IMG/VR virus record: IMGVR_UViG_3300044971_000858 | Span: 1-54,859 of that record | Strand: one strand, 5' to 3' | From: a virus | Taxonomy: Duplodnaviria > Caudoviricetes | DNA length: 54,859 nt | Part shown: one piece after another, positions 1 to 10,351 of the stretch | Layout: each line of letters starts with the position of its first letter | Numbering within the stretch: position 1 is the stretch's first letter | Made by a program: the position numbers and the translations under genes | The notes under the pieces: model-generated | Seen by the model: only the letters and a program-made list of their open reading frames with translations | What the model was told of the DNA's origin: nothing | Database searches by the model: none

Positions 1-86
1 GCATCGCCTGCCTAAGAGCAAGAACCTCTATGGTTCCTGCTGCCCAGTTCAGAGCTACATCGTTCCTGAGAACAATCAGGACTGCT
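1..86. repeat. 86-bp direct terminal repeat (copy 1), assembly circularisation overlap
   Basis: Identical to 54774-54859; lies inside an open reading frame. Confidence 0.95.
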
Positions 87-127
87 ATAGCTGCGCTGGC
101 GTGGGTGACATCGTTGTGCCTTCCTAA
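1..127 (+). CDS. C-terminal end of major capsid protein (continues from 53488 across the junction)
   Basis: Frame from base 2 reads HRLPKSKNLYGSCC...DIVVPS, TAA at 125-127; in frame with the ORF from 53488. Confidence 0.85.
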   Translation, partial: HRLPKSKNLYGSCCPVQSYIVPENNQDCYSCAGVGDIVVPS

Positions 128-135
128 GTTAAATA

Positions 136-162
136 GGGGAGGGGCTATTAAAGCCTCTCCCC
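136..162 (+). terminator. GC-rich hairpin after capsid gene (terminator or processing site, weak U-tract)
   Basis: GGGGAGGGGCT pairs with AGCCTCTCCCC. Confidence 0.5.
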
Positions 163-186
163 GTAACCTTAAATAAAATACAAAAT

Positions 187-801
187 ATGTCTAATAAACG
201 ACCACTCGCTTATGATCGCGTCAACCTTTTCGGCCCTGTCGCAATCAACCTTCTCGCTTCTGGAGACGCTGACCTCTTGGTTCTTAACGACCAAGACACC
301 AAGTTCTTTCCAACAAGCATCGTTCTGGAAACTGCCTACGCTCGCGGAACTACTGCCACCGATCCAGTTGTGATCGTTGATAACGGAACCACTGGCGAAA
401 ACGTCACTTCCTCGCTGACCATCACGGACGCTCTTGATAACCAAGGCCGCTTCAATCCTCTTGCGATTGCTGCTAATCCTTACGTCATCACTGGCTCTCG
501 CAAACTCCGCTTGCTGAAAAGCACAGTTGGTGCTGGTCAAGCTACCGCAACTGTTGCTCGCGCTTCGGGCGTTGCTACAATCGTTACTGCCGCCGCTCAT
601 GGTTTTGCCACGGGTGACGTCATCACGATTGCCAGCATGACCGATAGTTCGTTCAACGATGTGCAGGCTGAAGTTACTGTTGTTGACTCCACCACGTTCA
701 CCTATGCGAACGCTGGCGTTGATGTCGCATCTGGTGCTGACACTGCTGGACGTGTTGGCGCACTCTACGTGAATGCCTACATTGTCGGTATCTACTACTA
801 A
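187..801 (+). CDS. Virion/capsid accessory protein with FCCH-like beta domain
   Basis: Follows MCP; motif ATIVTAAAHGFATGDVITI...VVDSTTFTY. Confidence 0.6.
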   Translation: MSNKRPLAYDRVNLFGPVAINLLASGDADLLVLNDQDTKFFPTSIVLETAYARGTTATDPVVIVDNGTTGENVTSSLTITDALDNQGRFNPLAIAANPYVITGSRKLRLLKSTVGAGQATATVARASGVATIVTAAAHGFATGDVITIASMTDSSFNDVQAEVTVVDSTTFTYANAGVDVASGADTAGRVGALYVNAYIVGIYY

Positions 802-812
802 ACCTCAACCTT

Positions 813-850
813 GGGTGGGGAGGTCAATTCCTCCTCACCCTAACCCCTTT
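813..850 (+). terminator. Intrinsic terminator-like hairpin
   Basis: GGGTGGGGAGG pairs with CCTCCTCACCC, followed by a pyrimidine-rich run. Confidence 0.55.
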
Positions 851-857
851 TCATTTT

Positions 858-1115
858 ATGGCTTGCTTCACATCTCTTCCTTACCGCGATAAAACTTATC
901 CTTTCGTTCAAACAATCGCCGCTGCCGCCGGCATTGATCCAACTTCTTTCGGTTGCTATGATGCAGCAAGTGATGCTGCCAAGCTCTACCAATTCTATGT
1001 TGGACTCGCAACAATTGGTGGTCTATCCCCAGTTACTGAAAACTGCTTTGTGCAAAAAACTGAAGACCAGCAATACTTCCTCACTAACGAAGCTCTTGCT
1101 TCGGCTCTTGCTTAA
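858..1115 (+). CDS. Small putative virion protein
   Basis: 85 aa in structural operon; CFTSL motif resembles CFTDL in next gene. Confidence 0.6.
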   Translation: MACFTSLPYRDKTYPFVQTIAAAAGIDPTSFGCYDAASDAAKLYQFYVGLATIGGLSPVTENCFVQKTEDQQYFLTNEALASALA

Positions 1116-1137
1116 TTATCGTAACCGATAAAATCTT

Positions 1138-1404
1138 ATGGCACTCTCTCAACCCTGCTTTACCGATCTAACTCAAGATCAACAGAACTACAATATCTAC
1201 GAATCTTTGAAAGAAATCGCAGGATTTGAGATTCCTGCATACGATCAGATTGATATTAGTTACTATGGTTCGACTAACAATATTGCCACAGTGCAATATC
1301 TGAAAGACGGAACTCCAGTTGCAACACTAACTCTTACCTATGCTATTCAACCTCCAGTTGCCAACGACGCTAATCTGACAACTGTGTCTGTAGCTTACCC
1401 ATAA
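1138..1404 (+). CDS. Small putative virion protein
   Basis: 88 aa, beta-rich C-terminus, tight spacing. Confidence 0.6.
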   Translation: MALSQPCFTDLTQDQQNYNIYESLKEIAGFEIPAYDQIDISYYGSTNNIATVQYLKDGTPVATLTLTYAIQPPVANDANLTTVSVAYP

Positions 1405-1407
1405 AAT

Positions 1408-3921
1408 ATGGCACTTACATTTAATCCTTTTACTGGTAAACTTGATTTTATCGGAAGTTCAGCAACCGCTGGAATTGGCGCAACAGGCGCGACAGGCCCC
1501 TCTGGCGGCCCTACAGGAGCTACGGGAGCAACGGGCGAAGCAGGCGCAACAGGCTCTGGAAGCACCGGGGCAACTGGTTTAGTTGGCGCGACAGGGGCTA
1601 CGGGATTAAGTGTAACAGGAGCAACAGGAGCAACAGGAGTTGGATCGACTGGTGCAACGGGCGTTGCGGGTGGGCAAGGCTCCACAGGTGCTACAGGAAT
1701 CGCTGGAACTGATGGCGCAACAGGTGCTACAGGAACCTCTGGTGGACAAGGTAGCACAGGAGCCACTGGTTTGTCTGGCAATGACGGAGCTACAGGAAGC
1801 ACAGGCGCGACTGGGTTAAGTGGAAACGATGGTGCGACTGGAGCCACGGGTATTGCTGGGGCAGATGGAGCGACTGGAGCTACAGGAACACAAGGTGATG
1901 TCGGGGCAACTGGAGCGACTGGAGTTGGTGAAGCAGGAGCTACAGGTGCTACGGGCGTTGATGGTGCTACTGGAGCTACTGGAATCCAAGGCTCCACAGG
2001 GTCTACTGGTGCGACTGGAACTGCTGGCGTTGATGGGGCGACAGGGGCAACGGGAGTTGACGGAGCCACAGGCGCGACTGGGGTAGCTGGAAACGATGGA
2101 GCCACAGGAGCAACTGGTATTACTGGCGCGGACGGCTCTACAGGAGCTACGGGCGTTCAAGGGGATGTTGGTTCTACTGGCGCAACTGGAATAGCAGGAG
2201 CAGACGGCTCGACAGGGGCAACAGGTCTGGAAGGCGCGACTGGAGCGACTGGTATCGGAGCTACAGGAGCCACTGGCCCTCAAGGAACTCCGGGACAATC
2301 GGCATCATTTTTCGACTATAAAGCAAAAACGACGATCACAACTAGCGACCCAACCCCAACGCATCTAATTTGGAATAATGCGACTCAAGTATCCGCTACG
2401 CAAATCAATGTCTCGCACATTGACAAAAACAATGTCGATGTCGATGTGTTTCTGGAACTCATAAAGCAAGGGGACACGCTCATTCTGCAAGACGCAACCA
2501 ATAGTAACAACTACCAAAAATGGACTGTTTCTGCACCCCCAGTTCCGCAAACTGGTTATGTTGAGTATCCAGTCACATTAGTTACCTCGGCTGGGACAGG
2601 CACAACTAATTTTGCGAACAACCATGACCTTGCATTCATTGTATTCTCGGCAGGTATCGCTGGGGCAACTGGAGCAACTGGTGTAGGCGCAACTGGCGCG
2701 ACAGGCGTTGCGGGAGCGGATGGTGCGACTGGCGCGACTGGTTTAGAAGGAGCGACTGGAGCCACGGGAATCGGAGCTACGGGTGCAACGGGCGTTGCTG
2801 GAAATGACGGGGCGACTGGCGCGACAGGTATTGCTGGTAACGATGGAGCCACAGGAAGCACAGGCGCAACCGGAATAGGCGCAAGCGGAGCAACTGGTGC
2901 AACGGGATCATCCGCAGCAATTACACCGGGAATAGTTGATAATGCAATAGTTCGTGCAGATGGAACTGGAAATAATGCAATTCAAGGTTCTGATATTAAC
3001 ATTGATGATGCTACAACTTCTACACAAGCGAATATTGCTCTCACGAACCAGCATAGTGGACAAACTAACTCCGCGCTTGTCATCACACCAAAAGGCACAG
3101 GGGCGTTGATCGTTGGCCCAAAACCAGATGGAACTGCAACTGGAGGAAATGCAAGGGGCGCAAATGCGGTTGATTTGCAAACGAAACGATTCGCTGCAAA
3201 CAATGTAGCGTCTGGAGCAAGTGCAGTTGCGATTGGGGAAAGCAATGTTTCGTCAGCAACAAATTCAGTTGCGATTGGCGTTGAGAATATAGCTTCTTCA
3301 AATTATGCAACTTGCTTTGGGATCGGAAATACAGCGTCTACAGGTGCGCAGTCATCTGTTTTAGGCGGTCGTTCAAATATTGCAAATGCGACTGGCAGCG
3401 TAGTAGTTGGAGGAGGGGCAACTAATTTCGGGAACCAAGCCTCAGGCGATTATAGCTTAACATTAGCTGGTCGGCGGGCACTGGCGGATAGGTCAGCAAT
3501 GTTGGCTCAGGCAAACGGTTCATTCAGCGCACTAGGTGATGCCCAACGCGCACGCTTCGTCCTTCGTTGCAAGACTACGACAAATACTGGAGTTGAAATG
3601 GCATTGGACGGAGCAGCGACATATCTTGGAATTCCATCTGGAAAGATCATTGCCTGCACAATTAACATTACTGGAAGCAAATCAGATGGAACTGCCGTTG
3701 CTCACTACTTGCGCCAATACTGCGTGAAAAATGTCGGTGGAACCTCTTCACAAGTTTACGCTCCAGTGACTATCGGAACCGATAACGCCGCAGGAACAAC
3801 GATTGCGCTTTCTGCAAATAACGCTGATGATACACTTCGCATCTTGGTTACTGGTATTACTTCTGAAACATGGCGTTGGGTAGCTTCTGTAGATGCAGTA
3901 GAAGTGGCTTACGGAACATAA
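1408..3921 (+). CDS. Collagen-like fibre protein (G-A-T triplets) with globular and YadA-head-like domains
   Basis: Long Gly-X-Thr runs; SxAIG repeats; N-terminal FNPFTGKLD. Confidence 0.85.
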   Translation: MALTFNPFTGKLDFIGSSATAGIGATGATGPSGGPTGATGATGEAGATGSGSTGATGLVGATGATGLSVTGATGATGVGSTGATGVAGGQGSTGATGIAGTDGATGATGTSGGQGSTGATGLSGNDGATGSTGATGLSGNDGATGATGIAGADGATGATGTQGDVGATGATGVGEAGATGATGVDGATGATGIQGSTGSTGATGTAGVDGATGATGVDGATGATGVAGNDGATGATGITGADGSTGATGVQGDVGSTGATGIAGADGSTGATGLEGATGATGIGATGATGPQGTPGQSASFFDYKAKTTITTSDPTPTHLIWNNATQVSATQINVSHIDKNNVDVDVFLELIKQGDTLILQDATNSNNYQKWTVSAPPVPQTGYVEYPVTLVTSAGTGTTNFANNHDLAFIVFSAGIAGATGATGVGATGATGVAGADGATGATGLEGATGATGIGATGATGVAGNDGATGATGIAGNDGATGSTGATGIGASGATGATGSSAAITPGIVDNAIVRADGTGNNAIQGSDINIDDATTSTQANIALTNQHSGQTNSALVITPKGTGALIVGPKPDGTATGGNARGANAVDLQTKRFAANNVASGASAVAIGESNVSSATNSVAIGVENIASSNYATCFGIGNTASTGAQSSVLGGRSNIANATGSVVVGGGATNFGNQASGDYSLTLAGRRALADRSAMLAQANGSFSALGDAQRARFVLRCKTTTNTGVEMALDGAATYLGIPSGKIIACTINITGSKSDGTAVAHYLRQYCVKNVGGTSSQVYAPVTIGTDNAAGTTIALSANNADDTLRILVTGITSETWRWVASVDAVEVAYGT

Positions 3922-3926
3922 TTACT

Positions 3927-4169
3927 ATGCTTAAAACATACGGACTCATATTTCCAAACGGAGAAAAATATCTCTCCAGTGTTGTGCTGGACGATGAAGG
4001 CAATCCACGGATTGACACCATTCGACCATATCCAGTGCCAGAAGATTGGGTTGATCCAACGCTTGTAGAACTAATCAAAGCTGATCCTCCCGGCCCAGAA
4101 ACGGAATGGGAAAGCTACCTTGAATGGTTCCCTGATAAGGTAGAAGTGCATTGGAAACAAATATCGTAA
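3927..4169 (+). CDS. Small fibre-associated protein
   Basis: ATG 5 nt after the fibre stop; 80 aa. Confidence 0.6.
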   Translation: MLKTYGLIFPNGEKYLSSVVLDDEGNPRIDTIRPYPVPEDWVDPTLVELIKADPPGPETEWESYLEWFPDKVEVHWKQIS

Positions 4170-4181
4170 ACGATAAATCCC

Positions 4182-5999
4182 ATGAGCAATTGCTGTAACG
4201 AAACAATCATTGTAGCTTCTTACGCGAGATCAGCAAAAGAAAGCGCAGCGAGTGCCGCGCATTCGGCTTGCTTGGCAATGCAGGCAATCGGAGCCAGCGG
4301 AGCAACTGGTGCTACTGGCGTTGGAGCTACGGGTGCGACTGGACTCACGGGCGCAACTGGGCCAAGCGGTGGGCCTACCGGAGCAACTGGAGCCACAGGC
4401 GAAGGTGCAACTGGAGCCACAGGATTATCGGGAATTAACGGAACTACAGGTGCTACAGGATTGCGCGGAGCTACTGGCAGCACAGGCGCGACAGGAAACC
4501 AAGGCGCAACTGGGCCGCAAGGTTCTACTGGCATCGGCGCAAGCGGAGCAACGGGAGCCACTGGTCAACAAGGGCCAATCGGCCCACAAGGTTCCACCGG
4601 AAGTATCGGCCCTCGCGGAGCAACTGGATTAGATGGGCCAATTGGAGCCACGGGGCCAAGTGGCGGCCCTACTGGTGCTACGGGATTAACTGGCTCAACT
4701 GGGGCTACTGGCATCGGCGCAACTGGACTTCAAGGTTCTACGGGCGCAACAGGTATTCAAGGAATTCAAGGTAATGTTGGTTCTACCGGAGCCACTGGAA
4801 TCCAAGGATCAACTGGTCTTACAGGAGCAACAGGATCAAGCGGGATTCAAGGAGCTACAGGATCGACTGGTGAGATTGGAAGCACGGGTGCTACAGGAAC
4901 CGCTGGCATTGATGGAGCAACTGGAGCCACCGGAATCCAAGGCGTTCAAGGCGCAACAGGAGCCACAGGAGTTGCAGGCGAACAAGGCAGCACAGGTGCA
5001 ACGGGCGTTGCTGGTTCTACAGGAGCGACAGGCGCGACTGGAATTCAAGGTTCTACAGGAGCAACAGGGTTGACTGGCTCTACAGGCGCAACTGGCGTTG
5101 CAGGAAGCAATGGTGCTACTGGTTCGACAGGCGCGACTGGAATTGCTGGTTTAGATGGAGCTACCGGAGCTACTGGTGTGGGTGCGACTGGTGCGACAGG
5201 AGCGACTGGCGGCATGGCGGTAGCAGATGTCCAAGTATTCTTGGCAAGCGGAACTTGGACTAAACCAGTTGGTGCAAAATCCGTTGAAGTTCAAGTTGTC
5301 GGCGGTGGTGGTGGCGGGGGCAGTGGACGCAAAGGAGCAGTTGCATCGGTGCGTGGCGGTGGCGGAGGGGGTGCAGGTGCTGGAACAAGCATTATTTCAT
5401 TCGACGCATCATCTTTAGGAGCAACTGTATCGGTTATAGTTGGCGCAGGTGGTGCAGGGGGAGCATCTGTAACCGCTGCTAGTGGAAACGGAAGCGCAGG
5501 AGCGGCAGGTGGCGATTCTCTTTTTGGAATTTTTCGAGGCCGTGGAGGTGGAGGCGGCTCTGGTGGATTCGTCGCCACGGCAAATGGTGGCACAGCAGGA
5601 TCGGGGCAGTTTAATGGAACGGCAGGCGGGGCAGGCGCGGCAACAACCGCCGCAGTAAATGCCGCCGGAGCAACATTTGTCTCTGGCGCGGGTGGTGGTG
5701 GGGGAATTGATTCTGCGAACACGCTATTCGCTGCTTCTAACGGTGGCGCAATCAACTCAACAAACCTCGCTGGCACAGGAGTCAACACATCGCCAACTCC
5801 GCACGGTCTTATCACCGCACTTGGGCAAGGAGGTGGCGGTGGCAGTGCTTCCGCTACTGGAAATGCAAACTCTGGAGGAAATGGTGGACTCTATGGAGGC
5901 GGGGGTGGAGGAGGAGGCGCATCCACTGAAGCTGTTGGAAACTCTGGTGCTGGCGGAACTGGTGGTCAAGGAATCGTCATCGTAACAACATACTTCTAA
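4182..5999 (+). CDS. Collagen-like fibre protein with glycine-rich C-terminal domain
   Basis: GAT/GST triplets, then [12 protein letters not shown]...GGGGGG...GIVIV domain. Confidence 0.85.
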   Translation: MSNCCNETIIVASYARSAKESAASAAHSACLAMQAIGASGATGATGVGATGATGLTGATGPSGGPTGATGATGEGATGATGLSGINGTTGATGLRGATGSTGATGNQGATGPQGSTGIGASGATGATGQQGPIGPQGSTGSIGPRGATGLDGPIGATGPSGGPTGATGLTGSTGATGIGATGLQGSTGATGIQGIQGNVGSTGATGIQGSTGLTGATGSSGIQGATGSTGEIGSTGATGTAGIDGATGATGIQGVQGATGATGVAGEQGSTGATGVAGSTGATGATGIQGSTGATGLTGSTGATGVAGSNGATGSTGATGIAGLDGATGATGVGATGATGATGGMAVADVQVFLASGTWTKPVGAKSVEVQVVGGGGGGGSGRKGAVASVRGGGGGGAGAGTSIISFDASSLGATVSVIVGAGGAGGASVTAASGNGSAGAAGGDSLFGIFRGRGGGGGSGGFVATANGGTAGSGQFNGTAGGAGAATTAAVNAAGATFVSGAGGGGGIDSANTLFAASNGGAINSTNLAGTGVNTSPTPHGLITALGQGGGGGSASATGNANSGGNGGLYGGGGGGGGASTEAVGNSGAGGTGGQGIVIVTTYF

Positions 6000-6002
6000 T
6001 CT

Positions 6003-6416
6003 ATGGTTCAAAGATACGTCATTTTAGATAAAGTAGGTGGATGGTTGGATAATGTTATTCTGTGGGATGGGAACTTGCAGACATGGCAACCTCCAGTTGG
6101 AACGATTGTTAAACTTGAAAGCAAAATTGATTACGCAACGCTTCCTGTAAATCCAAATTCAATCGTGCTATATACCGCAGAGCAGTGGCTAACAAATCAA
6201 GGATATGACGCTACGCAACTCGTAACCTTTGCAGATGTTGAAAGACAACTTGTTCTCGCTGGTAAGGCATCATTCTTGATGGATGCGGTGCGAGCATGGG
6301 CAAATAGTATCCTTGCAGAATATGTGGCAACCCCAGTCAGTAAATCAGATTGGCCTGTTGCTCCATATACTTTCAACGAAGCAATCACAGATGGATTTAA
6401 CATTCTCAACTCATAA
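6003..6416 (+). CDS. Putative tail fibre assembly/associated protein
   Basis: Directly follows fibre gene; 137 aa. Confidence 0.55.
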   Translation: MVQRYVILDKVGGWLDNVILWDGNLQTWQPPVGTIVKLESKIDYATLPVNPNSIVLYTAEQWLTNQGYDATQLVTFADVERQLVLAGKASFLMDAVRAWANSILAEYVATPVSKSDWPVAPYTFNEAITDGFNILNS

Positions 6417-6595
6417 TGGACACGCACTCATTTAACGCAGGCATGGCAGGAGTTCTTGCTACGGCAACATCAGTTGGTATTTCATTGCTGCCAGAAGTTG
6501 AGGCATGGCTACGCATTGTATCTCTTCTTGTGGGTATCGCAGTAGGTATCGGGTCACTTATCGTTCTTGCTCGTAACTGGAATAAAAACAAATGA
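6416..6595 (+). CDS. Small two-TM membrane protein (holin/antiholin candidate)
   Basis: Hand translation MDTHSFNAGMAGVLATATSVGISLLPEVEAWLRIVSLLVGIAVGIGSLIVLARNWNKNK; TAATG coupling; not in ORF track. Confidence 0.65.
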   Translation: MDTHSFNAGMAGVLATATSVGISLLPEVEAWLRIVSLLVGIAVGIGSLIVLARNWNKNK

Positions 6596-6750
6596 ACCCT
6601 AAACAAATCGCACTTGGTCTTATCATCATCTCGCTTGCATTTCTCGCAATGGCATTTTTGACGGGGTGCGAGACACTTGGAATTTCCCTACAGACACAAT
6701 ACGGAAGTTTTACTTATGAACTTCCAGAACCAAAAGGAACAAAGAAATGA
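6592..6750 (+). CDS. Small lipoprotein (spanin-like candidate)
   Basis: MNPKQIALGLIIISLAFLAMAFLTGC..., lipobox LTGC; ATGA overlap. Confidence 0.65.
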   Translation: MNPKQIALGLIIISLAFLAMAFLTGCETLGISLQTQYGSFTYELPEPKGTKK

Positions 6751-6917
6751 AAATCGTAAATATACTACTTCAACGCTTGAGTGAAAATAGCACTTGGCGC
6801 GGATTGATTCTGATTGCTACGGCAGTCGGAGTGAAGATCGAACCAGAACTTCAAGAAGCTATTCTTGTCGCTGGACTCGGCCTCGTCGGACTAATCAATG
6901 TAATCCGTAAGGGCTAA
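6747..6917 (+). CDS. Holin-like protein
   Basis: MKIVNILLQRLSENSTWRGLILIATAVG...VAGLGLVGLINVIRKG; two hydrophobic segments; precedes endolysin candidate. Confidence 0.7.
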   Translation: MKIVNILLQRLSENSTWRGLILIATAVGVKIEPELQEAILVAGLGLVGLINVIRKG

Positions 6918-6919
6918 TC

Positions 6920-7459
6920 ATGGTTCCTAATTCCAGACCGCAACAAGCGAAAGAGAAGACCCTTGCTATGGTAATCAAAGCAGGAATTGAAGATCGCGTT
7001 GCGCTGGTAGGAATAAGGGGATATTACTCTGAAACATTCGCGCCATCTGGAAACCAAAGGGGCATCTACGACGATGCGATTATACTACTATCTCCTTCTG
7101 TTCATGCTACTTTCAACGCCAATACTGATCCATCAGTTTTTAAGAAAGGTATCGCGGTTCTTAAAACGGGCGTTCACAGGTATCGTAAGGGCAATCATGG
7201 TATCTCTAAACCCGGAGGCGGCTACCCAGCGTTGCGACCTGCTAACGGAAAAGAAGAACTCCCTGTTACGCGAGATGGCGAAGGTGATTCGATGGGAGTA
7301 GCAATCAACATCCATAAGGGCGGGTATAACACAACATCGTCATTGGGATGCCAAACGATCTATCCACCACAATGGGACGGGTTCATAAATCTAGTCTACT
7401 CGGAAATGAGTAGATATAACCAAAAGACAATTCCATATTTACTTGTGGAAAACGCTTGA
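6920..7459 (+). CDS. Putative endolysin with L,D-transpeptidase (YkuD)-like catalytic motif
   Basis: INIHKG...TSSLGCQ (His and S-x-G-C); position after holins. Confidence 0.65.
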   Translation: MVPNSRPQQAKEKTLAMVIKAGIEDRVALVGIRGYYSETFAPSGNQRGIYDDAIILLSPSVHATFNANTDPSVFKKGIAVLKTGVHRYRKGNHGISKPGGGYPALRPANGKEELPVTRDGEGDSMGVAINIHKGGYNTTSSLGCQTIYPPQWDGFINLVYSEMSRYNQKTIPYLLVENA

Positions 7460-7491
7460 CTTAACCTAAACTATCGTTAACGATAAAAACT

Positions 7492-9372
7492 ATGAGTTGC
7501 GGAAATTCCAGAAGTTCTAAATGCAATCCATGCGGCCCAAGTGAGGCTGCAATGAATGAGATTGCCAACAAGGCTGCATACTACGCAAGAATTGCTCAAT
7601 ATGCCTCAGATGGATTCAGCCAAGTTTATCTTGGCGCAAAAGAAACTGCGCCTACCACTGACAATAATGGGAATCCTCTAATTGAAGGAGCATTATATTT
7701 TAATACTACAGATAATCTATTGTATGTGTGGGATGGGTCTGTATGGTATGCTTCAGCTTTTGATGAAACAACACCATTCTTGTCCACATCATCAAATACA
7801 GGAATATCATTAGAAGATAGGTTTGCATATTTTTCAAATGTAAAAGATTTTGGAGCAGTTGGAGATGGTGTTGCAAATGATTCAGCCGCATTTGATGCCG
7901 CAATAGCAAGCCCAACATTAGGCCCAGTTTTTGTTCCAAAAGGAGATTACAATGCTGGATATAAAACATGGATTGAAAGAGGGGTTGTATCTTTAGCTGA
8001 CGGAAATAGCAAACAAGAGTGGCTTGTCAGTAGAAAAATGACTGGCAACCAAGGGGAAAGAGGAGGCGGAACATTTGGTGGATTTAGCCCCGGAGCATAT
8101 TTTGTTGACTTGACAGAAGATGTATCTGTTGGAACAGCAACTGGATTTGCAAGTTTTGTTGGAACAACATTTAGACATAGATACCTTGGAGGAAACACAA
8201 GTAATGGCAGCAGGGGGAATGTTTTAAGTTCACTTGAAGTTTTAGGAAAATCAACTCTTAATACTCAACCAGAATTTGTTGCTTTTGCTGCAAATACAAC
8301 TGGGAATACAGATCAAAATGGAATAGATACTACAATTGCTGGATCAAAAGGTTCATATTTTGGAGGAAATACAAATGTTTATTTGTCTGGTGATGCTAAA
8401 AATCTAAAAAATGTTTGCGGGCTTGAAGCGAACATTCAAGCTACTGGAGTTGGTCATTCTTCATGTTATCAAGCAGGTATTGATATTGCTTGCAACTATA
8501 AAAGTAGAGGAGCAGTAACGGATGCCGCGCTTGGAATTTCTGGATATGGGTCAGGTCACATTGGGTATGGTGCTGGAATTTTGTTTTCTTCAAAAAATGG
8601 AGGACAACCATTTGCATCTGATAGCACAATTATTAAAGTAATCGCAGGGCCAAATAATACAAGTGGTATAACTCCGTCTGTTTTTAGGGGAATTGATTTT
8701 TCTGAATACAACATAACAAACTCTATCATAAAAGGAGCGCAATCAAATCTAACAGAAAGCTCTTTAACTATTGGAGATGATTCTGGATTTGCACTTCTTC
8801 AGGGTGGATCACAATCAATAAATGCAACTCTTCGTATCAGGCCAAAAGGAACCGGAGTTGTTAGTATTCAGAGTTCAGATGGATCGCAAGATATAGCACG
8901 ATTTGATGCGAATATTAATGTTTGCACATTGCAAAACACAAGGCCAGATGCGGATGCTACAAGAGTATTAGGAGATGCATCGCGTAGGTGGTCACAAGTA
9001 TACGCCGCATCTGGAACAATCAATACTTCTGATGCAAGAGAGAAGACATTTTTTCAAATTGAGGATGTTGAAAAATTAGCTGCACTTGAAATAAAACAAA
9101 ATCTTCGTAAGTTTAAATTCAATTCATCTATTGAAGAAAAAGGTGATAATGCACGAATTCATTTTGGCGCATCCGCTCAACAAATTGGTGATATAATGAA
9201 GTCGCATGGCCTTGATCCTAATAAATATGGATTTTATTGCTACGATGAATGGAATGAAATTGAAGAACAAAAGGACAATGAAGGAAATGTTATTGAACCA
9301 TATCGTGCATCTGGTAATAGATATGGAGTAAGATATGAAGAACTTTTATCCTTTATTGTTTCAGCACTATGA
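7492..9372 (+). CDS. Tailspike/fibre with C-terminal intramolecular chaperone (peptidase S74 type)
   Basis: NVKDFGAVGDGVANDSAAF start of beta-helix region; TSDAREK autocleavage motif; GVRYEEL end. Confidence 0.85.
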   Translation: MSCGNSRSSKCNPCGPSEAAMNEIANKAAYYARIAQYASDGFSQVYLGAKETAPTTDNNGNPLIEGALYFNTTDNLLYVWDGSVWYASAFDETTPFLSTSSNTGISLEDRFAYFSNVKDFGAVGDGVANDSAAFDAAIASPTLGPVFVPKGDYNAGYKTWIERGVVSLADGNSKQEWLVSRKMTGNQGERGGGTFGGFSPGAYFVDLTEDVSVGTATGFASFVGTTFRHRYLGGNTSNGSRGNVLSSLEVLGKSTLNTQPEFVAFAANTTGNTDQNGIDTTIAGSKGSYFGGNTNVYLSGDAKNLKNVCGLEANIQATGVGHSSCYQAGIDIACNYKSRGAVTDAALGISGYGSGHIGYGAGILFSSKNGGQPFASDSTIIKVIAGPNNTSGITPSVFRGIDFSEYNITNSIIKGAQSNLTESSLTIGDDSGFALLQGGSQSINATLRIRPKGTGVVSIQSSDGSQDIARFDANINVCTLQNTRPDADATRVLGDASRRWSQVYAASGTINTSDAREKTFFQIEDVEKLAALEIKQNLRKFKFNSSIEEKGDNARIHFGASAQQIGDIMKSHGLDPNKYGFYCYDEWNEIEEQKDNEGNVIEPYRASGNRYGVRYEELLSFIVSAL

Positions 9373-9536
9373 AAATTGAATTCAACGATCAACAATTGCA
9401 AGTATTGAGTGCGGCATTGGTAGAGTTGCCATACCGAGTATCTGCACCATTGATTAATCATATTAACCAACAAATCCAAGAGCAACGCGCTTTGGAGTTT
9501 GACGCTCGCAGAGAAAAAGCAGAAAATAATATATGA
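9369..9536 (+). CDS. Small helical protein (55 aa)
   Basis: MKIEFNDQQLQVLSAALVELPYRVSAPLI...; ATGA overlaps at both ends; not in ORF track. Confidence 0.65.
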   Translation: MKIEFNDQQLQVLSAALVELPYRVSAPLINHINQQIQEQRALEFDARREKAENNI

Positions 9537-10351
9537 GCCACTGCACACCATGCCCACCATGCGACACAAACTTTCCGTTGTTGTGTGAACCACTCGAAAC
9601 AACTGCCAATGGTAAACGATTGGTGGTAGAAGACTCCGCTGCTTGTCAGAAAACGATTCAGACTCCAACATCTAAACAAGTCGTCAATTCAAACAATGGA
9701 AATGTTGAGTTTGCTACGATCAATAGTGTTCTTCAATCTGGCCCAGTTGATCTTGGTAGCCAACCATTGACTACTACTGGATTAGTTAATTGCAAATCAA
9801 TTAATGTAAATGGCAATACAACAACTGGATTTATTGAAGTAAGTGGAACAAATAATGCTTACATTGATCTTAAAATACCAACATCAGACGACTTTGATTT
9901 AAGGATTTTAACATCTGGATCAGGTGGTTCTATTCAAACAGGTAATAATCAAAATATTATTTTAAATCCGGGAACTGGAAATGTTGGGGTTGGAACCGCA
10001 TCGCCAACTCAAAAACTTCACGTTGCAGGATCGTTTATTTGTGATAACAATATTAAAGGAAATTCACTTGATATAGAAAACACAACAGGACAAGGATCTA
10101 TTGAGTTAAGCGGAACAACTGGAGCGTTTATTGATTTAAAATCCCCAACATCAGATGACTATGATTTAAGGATTTTAACAAACGGAACTAATGCTGCTAT
10201 CCGATCAAATGCTATTTCATTAGAACCAACTACTGTGCTACAGATTAGTAATGTTCCTACTTATGCGGACAATACAGCGGCAGTAGCTGGAGGACTTGCA
10301 GCGAATACAGTTTACAAAACGGCAACTGGTGACCTTCGTATTGTTTACTAA
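9533..10351 (+). CDS. Tail fibre-like protein with internal duplication
   Basis: IDLKIPTSDDFDLRILT / IDLKSPTSDDYDLRILT; GNVGVGTASPTQKLHVAG fibre motif. Confidence 0.75.
   Translation: MSHCTPCPPCDTNFPLLCEPLETTANGKRLVVEDSAACQKTIQTPTSKQVVNSNNGNVEFATINSVLQSGPVDLGSQPLTTTGLVNCKSINVNGNTTTGFIEVSGTNNAYIDLKIPTSDDFDLRILTSGSGGSIQTGNNQNIILNPGTGNVGVGTASPTQKLHVAGSFICDNNIKGNSLDIENTTGQGSIELSGTTGAFIDLKSPTSDDYDLRILTNGTNAAIRSNAISLEPTTVLQISNVPTYADNTAAVAGGLAANTVYKTATGDLRIVY

Noticed and set aside
1-86. Biological direct terminal repeat
   Set aside because: Falls mid-capsid gene and is short and exact, as expected for assembler overlap
1395-5815. Antisense Pro-Val-Ala ORFs
   Set aside because: Shadows of the GAT collagen and Gly-rich codons
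1408-10351. Diversity-generating retroelement or invertible fibre locus
   Set aside because: No reverse transcriptase, invertase or TR/VR pair recognised
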